64,000 nucleotides of DNA. Origin: Tubiluchus corallicola. Taxonomy: Eukaryota > Animalia > Priapulida. The DNA is taken from the NCBI GenBank assembly GCA_030141605.1, contig JAQGDQ010000481.1, positions 107,565 through 171,564 of the forward strand, written 5' to 3'. Shown here piece by piece: positions 37,860 through 51,890 of the stretch. The notes below the pieces were generated by a model, which was not told where the DNA came from, ran no database searches, and saw only the letters and a list, made by a program, of their open reading frames with translations. Position 1 is the first letter of the stretch. Each line of letters begins with the position of its first letter. A program made the position numbers and the translations under genes.

Positions 37860-38669
37860 AGCTTGAGATCATTTGCACTAAACGCAGCGTTGGTGGGGAA
37901 ATGAAATTAAAATGATGATTTTTTTTAAATTAAAAATACCGATGTGGACGTTGCAAAAGGAAAATGAATATAGATTATTAAGGCCAGTGTGAACCTGACT
38001 TAATAAATTTTAATCTTGTAGCTAAGGTGGCTCCATCTAGCTAGAAAGTTTAAAGTGTGGGCATTGACCTAGTTACGTTTTTCATTTATGCTGTTCTGTA
38101 GTATATGTGAACATGTGTCTTGTACAAGCTAGCGGAATTTTTCATTAGATATATGCCGCAACGATGTAAGTTTATTTATATTAATATTTAATTTGATTTA
38201 TTCACTGATATTTATGAATGGACTAAACTACGTAACAATCTAACTAAATTAACCAATGTCAGTCACCTTTGCCTTTCTATTTTTTTAAATATTGCAGAAA
38301 TAAAGATCAGTGGTTTACATGAAAATTCAACTGAGACTTGAAGTTGTCATAAATGCCTCTCAGAGACACTAATATAGATAAATGTGGTATGAACTGAGTA
38401 ATTAAGTGAATTTATAGAGACACTCACTGCATTATAAGAAGAAAACAACGAAAGCAAAACCGGATCCAATGTTAAACTGCAGATCATAACAATCTACTGT
38501 TTAAAATATTGAAAGGAAACACACTATTTTTTCAAAAATGACTTACGTGAAAGAATTATTACCACATGAACACATTTTCACGTTCGCGTCACTAGTTCTT
38601 CGGTGTTACATGCGTTTTGCCATTCGCTGGTTAGACGGGCACTAGCATCTGCAACAAAAATATATACAG

Positions 38670-39070
38670 AATATATATATATATATATTAATTCTTTATC
38701 TGTCATTAAAATGGTTCACTCATTATAATAAAATTGAGTAAGCCTCAGCGTAATGTTAAAATAACAACACTGTTCAAGACAAATGCGTCCAGTGCAGAGT
38801 AAAAAAACTAAATTGCAAAACTAAGGCCTAATTATATACAATAAATGAACATATTTACAAACACCATATTAAAATATTTTTACAAAACAATATTACAAAA
38901 GTACATTAAATTTTACATGACATATTTTACACTATATATACATTTGACATGACACAATTAACAGAAACATGCTTTACATTACATAAATTTCACTCATTAC
39001 ATTTACACTATTTATACATTTGACATTACAAAACTAACATAACACGTATTACATTGCATAATTTAAAAAA
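38670..39070 (-). mobile_element. LINE 3' UTR fragment (same family as 22500-23068)
   Basis: Reverse-complement homology. Confidence 0.72.
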
Positions 39071-39329
39071 AAATACAAGGCATCAGTTAAGAAGCCAGCG
39101 ATTACTATATCAATAAATCATGCCATCTTCTAAATATTCTACTATAAAATCGCATATCAGTTCGGTGGCATAATTACATGGTTTATAATAAAATTTGCTG
39201 ATCCAATCATTCTTTTTCTTAAACTATAGGCAGAGCGAAGCAATAACAGCCATTCAGCGTCCTACACTTATAGGCAAGTACGCAACACCCAAATAATGAA
39301 TAACATGTAGTGTTTACGCCTTGAAGTTT

Positions 39330-39847
39330 CAGGGATGAGAATTTTCCGCGGATACACGGAATTCCGAGTTTTTGGAAGACCAGTGGTGCCATTTTTGTAA
39401 ATTGTAAAAATTCGCTGAGAAAATTTTCACGGACCCAGTGCATTATTTCACAAGCTGACCGCTAGTTGGCAGGCCGTCACGTTGTTTACATCACGTACAT
39501 CAGTGTAACCACGTGTATATCTCTATGTATAAAAATATAGAATCAATTGTGCGGAGTTATTTGAGTCAATTGCAGACAGTTTTTATATACTTTTGCATAG
39601 GAGCAGCCAGTACTTAGGCGTTTTTGAGACAATTAGGTATCATGTATCCTTGATAGTTTTGTATTTTAAATTATGCATGAAGCAAGGTAACTGACATTGA
39701 AAGTCAACTTAGAGGCTCTCTATGGTCACAAAATTGCAATTTGTTGCTGGCTTCAATGGGGCTCCCGTGAACCCCGTTGGGGGCCTAGATGGCCCCAAAA
39801 CCCCCGGCCTGTTTCAGAGTTTTTGCAATTTGTCATTCTCATCCCTG
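39330..39847. mobile_element. hAT-like MITE with 6-bp TSD AAGTTT (mirror copy 63034-63551)
   Basis: aagttt|CAGGGATGAGAAT ... ATTCTCATCCCTG|aagttt. Confidence 0.75.
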
Positions 39848-40779
39848 AAGTTTGCAATCGCTAGACTCGAATTCAAGACTTGCGTGTTTGCAGTGCAAAA
39901 TCTAGACCACCAAGCCACACATAACAGGATAATAATAACTTCTATTTTTATGGCAGCATATTAAAAAAACAGGAATGGAGTTTGCATAAATACAGACGGT
40001 GGCAGGGCCTGCCATCTATCATTCGTTTCGACTACTAAATTGTAGTGACCGTTTTCCTGAAAAATTTAACGCCAGATGTCGCAAGGTGGTCATTTATCAC
40101 CAGTAATACGTTCCCACGCTTTTATACCTAATATTATGTGTATATATCACGCGTGTGTTTTAATGGATAGCTACTATTGACTATTACTATTGAGCTGCTT
40201 GGTTTCTTTTACATTTTAGTAGCATTAAAAATATAAATTTCTTGTAGAAAATGGCTGTTACCAAAGAGAATTTTAACTGAGTTAATGCAAAAAGCTCTAA
40301 AACTTCTAAGGAAAGTTTTAAAGATAAGATGGCCATACATAATCGATAACGAAGATTTATACACCAGAAGTTTCAAAAGTCAAGACTGAAGATTAAGATG
40401 GCTAGGACATCTTGTAAAATTACCAAATGAAGCACCTGTAATAATCGCTTTAATCCTAGCCTTAAAACCTTGCAAAAAACCACCTGACAAACCAAAAACA
40501 ACTTTGGATAGCTAAGATAAATAAAGATGTTCAACAACTTTAACCAAATCTATCTTTAGAAGTGGGAGAACTTACTCTGTTACCTGCAGGGAAAATTGGG
40601 TGGAATACTCTAGTAAATGTTAATGCCCCAGCGTCTATGAGAGTGAGATGGAGTAAGACTGAAGAAAAAGAAGAAGAAAATAAAAGACGTACCTACACAC
40701 TCTTTCCCATGAAAGCGTTCTAATGTCCACGTTGTCTAAAATGTAGTGAAACTTCTTCCGATTTTCCTCGGAGATAAAG

Positions 40780-41182
40780 AGAAAAAAGTGAGTGGGAAAA
40801 GAAGAGGGAGAGAAAGAGATCAGAGAGAAAGAAAGAGAGGGATAGAGATAAAGTCAAGGAGAAAGACGAAGAGAAGGAGAAAGAGAGAGAGAGAGAGAGA
40901 GAAAAGCGAGTAGGAAAAAAAGAGAAAGAGGGAAGGGGAGAAAGAGAGAAATAAATAAATAAATCTTTTATATTACATTATGTTTACACAACGTAAACCC
41001 CTCTAATTGCAGAAAAATTGACAGGGTAAAAAGAAACAGAGAGAGAGAGAGAAAAAATGAAAAAGAGAGAGACAGACAGACAAAGAGAGAAAAAGAGTGA
41101 GTGAGTGAGAGAGAGAGAGAGAGACAGAGAGAGAGAGAGAAACAGAGAGAGTCAGAGACAGAAAGAGAGAGAAGGAGAGAGG

Positions 41183-41217
<35 letters not shown>

Positions 41218-41261
41218 GAAAAAGAGAGAGACAGACAGACAAAGAGAGAAAAAGAGTGAGT

Positions 41262-41299
<38 letters not shown>

Positions 41300-41333
41300 G
41301 AGAGAGTGAGAGACAGAGAGAGAGAGAAGGAGA

Positions 41334-41398
<65 letters not shown>

Positions 41399-41400
41399 GG
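40780..41400. repeat. GA-rich low-complexity/(AG)n region (mirror about 61480-62100)
   Basis: Direct reading. Confidence 0.9.
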
Positions 41401-42227
41401 GATTCTCCAATATACTTTTATATTATTACTGATACTTTGATGATGTCTGGGATTTTGCACAGATGAATATTAATAAAAACCAAAGATTATTCCAGATTTT
41501 GTACAAATCTCACAGTTTCTTTCCATAATAGCATTCAAATCTTCCACTGACTGATACATTAAACTCGGAAATCCCTGGGATTTTTCCTGCACTTCCCGCC
41601 GTCCAATTGACGCAGCGTTCATTGATGGGAAGTGAATAAAATGGAAGAGGCGGATAGACGAATGAAAGTGAGGGGATAAGAGAATAAAAGAGGTGGATAA
41701 CGAAATCTTTTATCTCGTTTTTCAAATTTGGAAGCAGCGGATCGTCAACGCTATGAGGATTTCCAAGCAATCCCCTGGCGGATGAAGTAGGTATTAGGGG
41801 TTTATGTTCTTGAAAGAGCATAATATTGAGGGATTTAGAGTCACTTGAAAATAATTTCGTAAAATCTCATCAACAAGTAAACAGAGTATTTGACTTAACA
41901 ATAGTTTCGAAATTTTTAGCCCTTAAAATGGCCAATTTTTAGTGAGCCTGCCCCCTAGTGGTGGTGGATGTGATAGTATTTTAATAGAGAAACTGTACTT
42001 TTTGTGGTGAAAAATCAATAAATAAATAGATAACTGATCAATATGCATTGTTTGTTCAATTAATCAATTTATTTCACTCCAAGCAATACATATACAATAC
42101 ATCAACATACAATATTATTGAAACAAAAACAAATAGTATAGGTAAACAAACGTTGATGAAGTCAAATTAACCAAATAAAAGAGTTGCTGTATGACACCTT
42201 GAAAGCTTGGCTTGTTAAGGTGGCAGA

Positions 42228-42595
42228 AATGAGTGAATGAAAGAATGGTTAGGGTTACTAGACATGATGGAATGGAAAAAATAGTAAGATTAGGGATAGG
42301 AAGAAGGAAGAGAGGAGAGGATGAGTGAATGAAAGAATGGTTAGGGTTAGTAGACATGATGGCATGGAAAAAATAGTAAGATTAGGGATAGGAAGAAGGA
42401 AGGGAGGTGAGGATGAGTGAATGAAAGAATGGTTAGGGTTAGTAGACATGATGGCATGGAAAAAATAGTAAGATTAGGGATAGGAAGAAGGAAGGGAGGG
42501 GAGGATGAGTGAATGAAAGAATGGTTAGGGTTAGTAGACATGATGGCATGGAAAAAATAGTAAGATTAGGGATAGGAAGAAGGAAAAGAGGAGAA
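42228..42595. repeat. 92-bp minisatellite, 4 copies (mirror about 60288-60655)
   Basis: Unit atgagtgaatgaaagaatggttagggttagtagacatgatgg... Confidence 0.9.
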
Positions 42596-42804
42596 GAAAT
42601 GACCAGTTATTAGTGGACTATTAGTCCAGTAACACAAACTGGACAATTTAATACATATCTCTACAGCAATCATGTAGCTAATATGGCAGCAACTAAATGA
42701 TGACTATGACGACAACTGAGAGAGCAGCTATTGTAATTGACTTGGCGAATTCGTTCAAATATAAATAATTTTCCTCGCGACATTATCAGTACAAGGTCAT
42801 TGCC

Positions 42805-43292
42805 GTGACTGCTATTGCTAATGCTGCCTCTCCTATTGTTGTTAGTGTTGTTATTGTTATTGGTGCGGCTATTGTTGTTGGTGTTGCTATTGTTGTTGGT
42901 GTTGCTATTGCTATTGGTGTGGCTATTGTTGTTGGTGTTGCTATTGTTGTTGGTGTTGTTATTGTTATTGGTGCGGCTATTGTTGTTGGTGTTGTTATTG
43001 TTATTGGTGTGGCTATTATTGTTGGTGTTGCTATTGTTATTGATGTTACTATTGTTGTTGGTTTGGCTATTGTTGTTGGTGTTGCTATTGTTAGTGGTGT
43101 TGCTATTGTTGTTGGTGTTGCTATTGTTAGTGGTGTGGCTATTGTTGTTGGTGTTGCTATTGCTGTTGATGTGGTTATTGTTGTTGGTGTTGCTATTGTT
43201 ATTGGTGTGGTTATTGTTGTTGATGTTGCTATTGTTAGTGGTGTTGCTATTGTTATTGGTGTGGCTATTGTTGTTGATGTTGCTATTGTTAC
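42805..43292. repeat. 18-bp minisatellite ggtgttgctattgttgtt (mirror about 59590-60078)
   Basis: Direct reading. Confidence 0.9.
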
Positions 43293-43299
43293 TGGTCCT

Positions 43300-43910
43300 G
43301 TTTTTATATAAATGCATCAACAATATTAACACGCCCTTCATCAAAAATAAGCTTCCACTCCTCTTGGAGCCAACATTAAATCCAAGAACACACAATATTA
43401 AACAAATACGCACTAATAACAAATACAGCAACAATTCTATCATTAAACAAGGAGTTCAACTTTGGAATACCCTACCATCAAATTTAAAACAAATCAAGTC
43501 TTTCTACGAATTCAAATCAAAATTAAAAATACATATATTAAATCGTTTTGAAAACCCTACATACGTAAACGATAATATACATTCATCCGCAAATTTTATT
43601 TACCCACGTCCATTTTAAATTGTATATATATTGTATACAGTCTATTATAATTTGCGTGTAACATTATAATGTATATTTTGTTTTAAATTTTCGGCACAGT
43701 AGTGTTTAGTTTGCACTGGACGCATTTGCCTTTAACAGTTGTGTGAATTTTATTCTCGTGATGCGATGTTCTTTTATGTTTTTATAGTTATGAATATCGA
43801 TTTTTTATGGCAAATAAAGATTATTATATATTATATTTATATATATTATATATAAATATTATATATATTATATTATATATATTATATATTATATATATAT
43901 ATATATCATA
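43300..43910 (+). mobile_element. LINE 3' end (ORF2 C-terminus ...SIIKQGVQLWNTLPSNLK...FKSKLK...FIYPRPF*) plus AT tail; mirror about 58975-59583
   Basis: G..LWN.LP...FK.KLK pattern of CR1/L2-group ORF2 C-termini; related to the 22500 family. Confidence 0.78.
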
Positions 43911-45496
43911 CATTCTCAACTAAAATGTATTTGTTGCATAGTGGAAAAAGTTTGATTAGTAATATTACTGTACGTCGATCCACTTAAAATAAACAAAGTT
44001 TGAATTAAAATTGTTCTTCATTCTCTACATTTTCGGGACGCGTGGTACAGGCTAATTATATACAAAATTTCACAGTAAATCAACAAAACAAAGAATCAAG
44101 CACACAGTCGCAGCTGCTGCACAGCCATGTTTAATCCTCTAAGATTTGTTTCCACCGTTTGCGAAATCCACGTGGTGAGTCCAGCCCGCGTAATAAAGCG
44201 CCTTCTATGGGCAAAAAATGAAAATAAAGAAGTAATTTAACGCTGCCCAGAGTACGTAACTTTTGCCTTTGTCAAGATTTTCGCGATTTCGTGCCACGGA
44301 AATGTTCTGTTGTGAGAGTTTGGAAGTTTGGTTTAAAACCATCGATGTCTGGAGTTGCCGCTGCTTTTAAATCCCTCTGTCTAAAGCCTACCATTCGCTG
44401 ATATGTATCGTGTATAATGTAGGATTAGCTGTGGTAATACACATCGCTGCAAAACTATGAATAACATTATGGATGGCAATTCTGCTGTGCAGTGTTGCCA
44501 GTTCTGTTCTTCTCAGCCATCCCTTCAGACACACTAGCTCAGATGGATCCATTCGTTCTACATTTATTTGTTCGTTTGGTTAAATCTTTATTCGTTCATT
44601 CAATCATTCGTTCGCGCATCGATTCATTCATTCGTTCATTCATTCATTCAATCATTTACTCGTTCGGACGTTAGTAGTTCGTTTGTTTATTCATTCACTC
44701 ATCCATTCATTCATTCACTCGTTCTTTCACTAGTTCGGTTTTCTATTCATTAATTTATTCGTTCATTTACTAGTACGTTCGTCGCTCGTTTGTTCATTCA
44801 TTCGCTCACTCATTCGTTCGTTCGTTTGTCCATTCATTCATTCTTTCTTTCTTTCTTTGATCCACTCTATTTATTCTTTTCTTTGTTACTTCATTTTTCA
44901 TTCATTTCTTTCTTTGTCTGCTTTTTTCTTCCTTCATAAACGTTTGTCTTCTCAGTTCGTTTTTTGAAATTTCTTTCCAATTTTTCTTTCTTTTTTCTAT
45001 TGTTTACTCAATTTTATTTTCTGTTGTTCTTTCGTTCGTTATTCTTTTCTCTGTTACTTCTTTCTTCATTCATTCTTTCTTCCTTGTTTCTTGTGTTTTT
45101 TCCGTCACTTGTTTCTCCTTTTTTTAATTCTTTTCCTCGGCTTTTGATTTTCGCCTGTGTTTTTGCTTGATATTTAGTTAGCTGTTCCTTTATTTTTCTT
45201 CTTTCTTCTCTTCTTATCTTTTCTCTGTCTCGTCGCTATTCTCGGCCCGCGTAAGCTAATAACAACGTTGGCTTCCGTCCCTTCAAACACATCTTGAGCT
45301 TCATCTTGGCTTCAGTCAGGTAATTGCCTCGCTAAGGAAAGAGTTAACGACTTAGAGACGCTGAAACAAAGCGGCGGTAATGAAGATTTCCGGGGGGAAT
45401 TTGCTCTCTACTTGTCGCCATGGTTGTGACGTTCTTAACGAAGATTTTATGAATTTTAACAGAATGCGAGTACCGCAAAATCATATGATGTAATCA

Positions 45497-45648
45497 TTAT
45501 GATGATGATGATGGCAATGATGATGATGATGATGATGATGATGATGCTGTGGTGGTGGTGGCGATGATGGTGATGATGATGGTGATGATGATGATGCGGT
45601 GGTGGTGGTGGTTGGTGGTGGTGGCGATGATGATGATGATGATGGCGG

Positions 45649-45704
<56 letters not shown>

Positions 45705-45782
45705 TGGTGTTGGTGGTGGTAGTGGTGTTGGTGGTGGTGGTGGTGGTGATGATGGTGATGATGGTGATGATGATGATGGCGG

Positions 45783-45814
<32 letters not shown>

Positions 45815-45925
45815 TGGTGGTGGTGATGATGATGATGATGATGATGATGATGACGATGATAATGATGATGTGGTGGTGGTGGTGGTGATGATGATGATGA
45901 TGATGATGATGACTATGATCATGAT
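45497..45925. repeat. (GAT)n/(GGT)n microsatellite (mirror about 56958-57386)
   Basis: Direct reading. Confidence 0.93.
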
Positions 45926-46865
45926 GAGAGGCAATAATTGACATGCAGGCGTATTCTGCGTAGAAACTAACTTAGTTAGATGCAAGACTAGAGAAAATCG
46001 AAGTACAGTGCCCAACTATTGATGACATCACAAACTAACATAATCTTAAATAGCAGAAATATTCCATGAGCGTGTTGCACGTGTTTGCGAAAGCGAAAAT
46101 TGAAGTACAGTGCTACTGTAAGATATTCAGTGTGTTGTACTAAAACTAGGCAAGTTTTAAGATAAAATTCTAATCTCAAATGTCTTTTGAACAGTTGCAA
46201 ATTGAAGTTTGAATGAACGTGGTGTTGTTTCAACAATAAAAAAAATGTAATATTTTTTATCGCCAGAGGGCGTCAATCAAAAAATGTGTCTGACAACTCA
46301 TATTCACCCAAAATAAGGTGCCATATACAAAGAAGTACGTCTCCTTTCTTCGTTACAAGCTATTGGACAATGATTAAGGTCAGATGACCTCATCCTACAC
46401 ATTTCTCTTACTGTCCTAAGTCATTGGCTGTCAGTAATGGTGGCGTAAACTCTTCCTAATGCAATAACTCGCAGACTGCAGCACCTTTTCCTAGACCAGA
46501 ACATGTCAAATGATGCAATTTAGTAGATAATAACCGACGGTGGTTTGTGGAAGCGACGCTTAGGGACGAGTTCTAAACGATCTTCACAGATTATCTGACG
46601 TTTCACAAATTAGAAAACAGCAAGGAAATACTGAAGAAATGGCGCTAGTCTTTCCCTGAATTTCATGATGCATTTTAATTATGGTATGAATAATCACTTT
46701 CTTGCTAGTTTTGTAAAAATACTTCGAAATTTATTGATCGTTAAAGGGAAACATAACCAAATTTTAAATTATACCTACAGTAATCTAATGTATAAAATAT
46801 TCAAAGAGAACACCATTGTTTTTTAAACGTTAGCACAACAGAAATTTGAAATTTTATTACCTCAG

Positions 46866-47243
46866 CCACTGCCACCACAACCACTGCCACCACCACCACC
46901 ACTGCCACCACAACCACTGCCACCACCACCACCATTGCCACCACCACTACCACTCCACCGCCACCACTACCACCATCACCACCACTACCACCACCACAAC
47001 CTCTGCCACCACCACCACTACCATCACCACCACCACCATTGTCACCACCACCACTACCATCACCACCATTGTCACCACCACCACTACCATCACCACCATT
47101 GCCACCACCACCTCTACCACCACCATTGCCACCACAACCACTGCTACCACCACCATTGCCACCACCACCACTACCACCATCACCACCACTGCCACCACCA
47201 CCACTACCACCATCACCACCACTGCCACCATCACCACCACCAC
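46866..47243. repeat. (CAC)n degenerate microsatellite (mirror about 55640-56017)
   Basis: Direct reading. Confidence 0.93.
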
Positions 47244-47267
47244 AGTATTACTAATATTTAATTGTGT

Positions 47268-47610
47268 TTCTTACTTAGACAGACTGTCGGAACAAAATTG
47301 CAGTCACTCGAATTAAAACTTCTTGTCTGCGATCTTAAGATGATATACAAAAGTTGTCATAAAATAGTGGGTTTAAGTTTTGATGATTTTTTCCAGCATG
47401 CTTCAACCAATCACATGGTCACAACTTTAAACTGTTTACGACTTTTTCGAGATTAAACTTATCAAAATTTCCATTTGGTAACACAGTTGTAAACATTTGG
47501 AATGCTCTAGATTCTCATGTACTGCTCGCTATCAGTTTGTCAGTTTTCACTAAAAGATTAGCTAATCTTAATTTACTGTCTTATTGCAATTTAATCCGGA
47601 ACACGTGATA
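47268..47610 (+). mobile_element. Degenerate CR1-like LINE ORF2 C-terminal fragment
   Basis: Frameshifted SYLDRL..LQSLELKLLVCDLKMIYK...FDDFF...VVNIWNAL pattern. Confidence 0.6.
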
Positions 47611-47799
47611 TTGTCATTGGCGTAATTGGTTCTTTCCAAACCGTACTCTTGTATAAAACGTTTTGTATATAATTCGTGATGTATATAACATATAATTCAT
47701 ATTTAATTGCATTTTATTCATAGTTTTTTAATGAGAGATACTCAATTTCAGGGTATCGTATTTATTAATTTATTTTTATCTTTTGTATCTTTATATCGC

Positions 47800-47970
47800 A
47801 GGACCAGACGGTTTAGTCTAGCGATAACGCGTCTGCTTTCCGTCTGGGAGGTCGTGAGTTCGAACCAGCTGCCGGATCATACCAAAGACTTGGCTGTTAC
47901 CCTGCCTGACGCGTGGTATTTAGGGTAAAAGTGGGGTAATAATAGTCTCTGTTATGTAGTTGTAGGTTGT
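47800..47970 (+). mobile_element. tRNA-derived SINE (mirror about 54913-55083)
   Basis: A-box-like TAGTCTAGCG, B-box GTTCGAACC, then a non-tRNA body; no intact cloverleaf. Confidence 0.6.
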
Positions 47971-48042
47971 TATTTACAGTCGGCGATAGTAGCTCTTTGA
48001 GCTAATGTTAATTGTTGACCCAAAAGCTGACTTTAAATAAAG

Positions 48043-48148
<106 letters not shown>

Positions 48149-50192
48149 CTATTATTATTATCATATAGGATCAGCGTAAGTGCGCATGCGCCTGCTGATT
48201 CTTTCTTTAATACAATTTTAATGCATGTATAAATGTAAATAAATGAAAGGGAACTGAGAAACGTCGTCATCAACTCACAAATGCTGTGAAATGCCACCTG
48301 ATGACCCATCGAAAAAAATAAATTTGATGCCAAATAGCTTTAAAGAGAGGGAGAGTCTGGCCTGATGGTGCACTGTTAAAACTAATTTATGTCTAATTTA
48401 TGGCAGTGAAAAGGTTGCATTACGCTTAAACCTTAGTGGGTATTGATTGATTTGCTCTTACCTGTGATTTTGCATTAATTGTGCTGTGAAAATAATCCAG
48501 TCAAACATAGTCATTAGAGAAACATAACGAACGATTTGTATAAATTGTAGCCACACTAATAATACACTTTATTAACAAATTTAACTGTTACACTTTACAT
48601 TACGTTACAAGTTATAGCAAAAATAATCACATAATTCATAGCACTTTAAATAATCACACATATAGGCCTATATACGAAAAAGGGGACCACCTTTTATGGT
48701 ACCTGCTGATAGGGGGTCCCCAGTCAGCGGTGACTCTTCCTTTTTATAGGCAAGGTTAACTAAACGCATGATTACACATGCATGAACGAAGCATACGATC
48801 TAAACAATATTGTAAGGCCACTAAAGAAGCCAGGCTTGGTTTAAAGCAGATTTTCCGACATGACCCATTGATCGAAGAAATATCACCTTGCCAGAGTTTT
48901 GATAGCGATAAAATGTCGGGAAGATTCCAGTGACGTTGATGACTGCAATGACAGTAAACTCCCAGGTTATCCGGAATGTTAATCTTAGAGGGACATTTTC
49001 ATGGTAATGATAATGACGTCATCCATTTGCTTTAATCTCGTATAGGAGCATTGATAGATTGGCAAACCCGCCACTTCTCCAGCGAAGCAATTAGATGAGG
49101 AGGCTGAGGACAATGTCAATCTCTGGCGATGAGATGGTTTTGATGGTTTAACACTAGATGATTTAATATTGTTTAAGTGCAGCGATGTTTACTGACTGAG
49201 ATGTTTACTGACTGAGATGTTTACTGACTGAGATTTCTGAAATACTGACACTGTCAATTCTCAAACGTATGGTAGCACCGTAACAATTGTTGAAACGTCT
49301 TAAAAAGGTACTACACAATTAAAGGAAGCCACGAAGATTTTTTTTATATACTACGCCATTTTCAAATCCGATAAAAAGTATACATTTTAACACAATTAAT
49401 AGTGCAAAAGAGTCTTGATAATTAAATATTATATTAAAAACTTAATTAACGGCAGGCGAGCCCAACTATTGATGACATCACAAACTAACACAATTTTCAA
49501 CAGCAAAAATATTCCGCGAACTGTTGAACAAAGTTTGTTTCACATCCGTAACACACCAGGGCAGTATGACGCATGCACAAAAACACCCACAGGCAGTTTT
49601 CAATGCATACAACCACCAATTTGCTAGACAGATTCAGCAATGCTTACCTTCTGTTTGTATTCGTCCCGGAAATGCAAGCCATATTACTTTTTTGCTTACA
49701 TAAATGAAGCCATATCGGAAGTGGTGTTAATCAAAAGAGGAGTTTCACAAATTCTGGTGAGCAATTTCTCACTTGCTGTCAATTACTTGACCTGGTACCG
49801 CATCAGCGGGAGGCTTAATAATTAAACATTGATTAAGTTAATCACCTCAGCCTCCCCATTCGTCTCTATTAGCTGTTGACACCTGTAGCATCGCTTTGTA
49901 TTAGTTTCTTCTTCTTGCCGATCGTTAATCACGCGACAATTGAGTGATGTCACCTCTTCCCGTGGTGGGTCGCCCCCGGGGGAGGACTGTTATTATCAGC
50001 AGTTAGCCAGGGTCGTCGTTAATAAATCATGAGGCAATTATATGATCAGTTGACGAAGTGTTTTTATTGTTGTAATTGTAGCTCAGCTTCCAATACATTC
50101 TACGTATGTGTATAAATAGTAGAGTGTACTGCAATAAATTGTTATTAAATTTCAAAAATAACATTTGTTGTCAAGAGGTAAACACGTCTTAA

Positions 50193-50650
50193 CCCTTTCA
50201 ATCCCAAATTATTTTTTAATAAGAAGAAATTTTTGGCTTGGTACTTTTGTTCAGTATGTCCATCTTGTTTACACATAATAATTATTTTTTTTCTACCTGT
50301 GCCCGCGTGCTAAATATAGCCTGTATCCCACGGGATACATTGGGATTCAATGGAAGCATCAAATGTGCTTCATTTTCCAACTGCCGATAATTTTTTAAAG
50401 TATTTAAGACATTTAGTATGCATGCTATGCTGATCTGTACAAAGTCATCTCTAAAGTACTGTACCTTGCGCAGTTTTTTATGCAATGTAGATTTTCTAGT
50501 TTGCCATTTTATCACCATTTTAGTCTATTGTTATTGGCTTAAATCAAAATAACTATTAACAGATCAAATGACTGTCAGTTTTAAAATTTTATTAATTTTA
50601 AAGGCAGAAAATATTCTCGTATCCCACGGGATACAACGGACATGAAAGGG
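50193..50650. mobile_element. piggyBac-like MITE, family A
   Basis: TTAA|CCCTTTCA...TGAAAGGG|TTAA. Confidence 0.85.
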
Positions 50651-50654
50651 TTAA

Positions 50655-50920
50655 TTTTAATTTTTGTTTATAAGACTAACAATGGCCTATTCCCTGCATA
50701 TTTCAAGAATCCTGTAATTAAGAATGTCAAATCACATAATACTCGCTATGATGATTACCAACTCAGTTTCTGCAGAACCAATATTGCAAAAAATTTCATT
50801 AGCTATAGCGGACCTAAACTTTAGAACTCACTACCACACAGTGTAAAGTACCAGTATAACATTTACTGCTTTAACACGTCAGTTAAACGATATCTGTTTG
50901 CTTCTTATATAAACTAGTCT
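50655..50920 (+). mobile_element. LINE ORF2 C-terminal fragment
   Basis: LIFVYK..NGLFPAYF...HNTR...CRTNIAKNFISYSGPKL*NSLP...FNTSVKRYL. Confidence 0.7.
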
Positions 50921-51397
50921 TGATAACCACCTACTGTTCCTGTGTGATGCAGCAGTGGACCTAAACTTTAGAACTCACTACCACCCAATGTAAAGTACCA
51001 GTATAACATTTACTGCTTTAACACGTCAGTTAAACGATATCTGTTTGCTTCTTATATAAACTAGTCTTGATAACCACCTACTGTTCCTGTGTGATACAGC
51101 AGTGGACCTAAACTTTAGAACTCACTACCACCCAATGTAAAGTACCAGTATAACATTTACTGCTTTAACACGTCAGTTAAACAATATCTGTTTGCTTCTT
51201 ATATAAATTAGTCTTGATAACCACCTACTGTTCCTGTGTGATACAACAGTGGACCTAAACTTTAGAACTCACTACCACACAGTGTAAAGTACCAGTATAA
51301 CATTCACTGCTTTAACACGTCAGTTAAACAATATCTGTTTGCTTCTTATATAAACTAGTCTTGATAACCACCTACTGTTCCTGTGTGACACAACAGT
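50810..51397. repeat. 147-bp tandem repeat, 4 copies, derived from the LINE 3' end
   Basis: Units start at 50810, 50957, 51104 and 51251. Confidence 0.92.
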
Positions 51398-51739
51398 CAC
51401 AACTTTGTGTTCGTTTTGAGTACAATCCAGAGTGCTTCGTGATCTCATGAGCCGAATCTCCACAAGCCAATCTTCCTACCCTTTTGAACATTGCTTTATC
51501 CATCACTTCTATTCTTACTTTGCACAACTCTTTTTTTAAGTTGCCTATTGTTCAATTTTTGTTCTTTTTTTCTCATTATTTGGACGTGTTTATAATGGTG
51601 CAAGCACCTAACAAGTTTTACTTCTGGTTTTTCCAATTTATTATAAGCACGCTGTCATGTAATCATTATTATTAATATCTATTTTTTCCCAGTGTTTCTT
51701 GATATTGTATTTGTATTTACACTTCCAAATAAATTTATT

Positions 51740-51890
<151 letters not shown>

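Noticed and set aside
41510-41821. 103-aa ORF (mirror 61062-61373) as a gene in the palindrome
   Set aside because: No recognisable motif or convincing splice sites; identity between the arms only reflects the duplication.
47800-47875. Functional tRNA gene
   Set aside because: Only A/B-box remnants, no complete cloverleaf, and it continues into a SINE-like body.
50282-50518. 78-aa ORF within the piggyBac-like MITE as a transposase
   Set aside because: Too short and lacks a DDD/E motif; the element looks non-autonomous.
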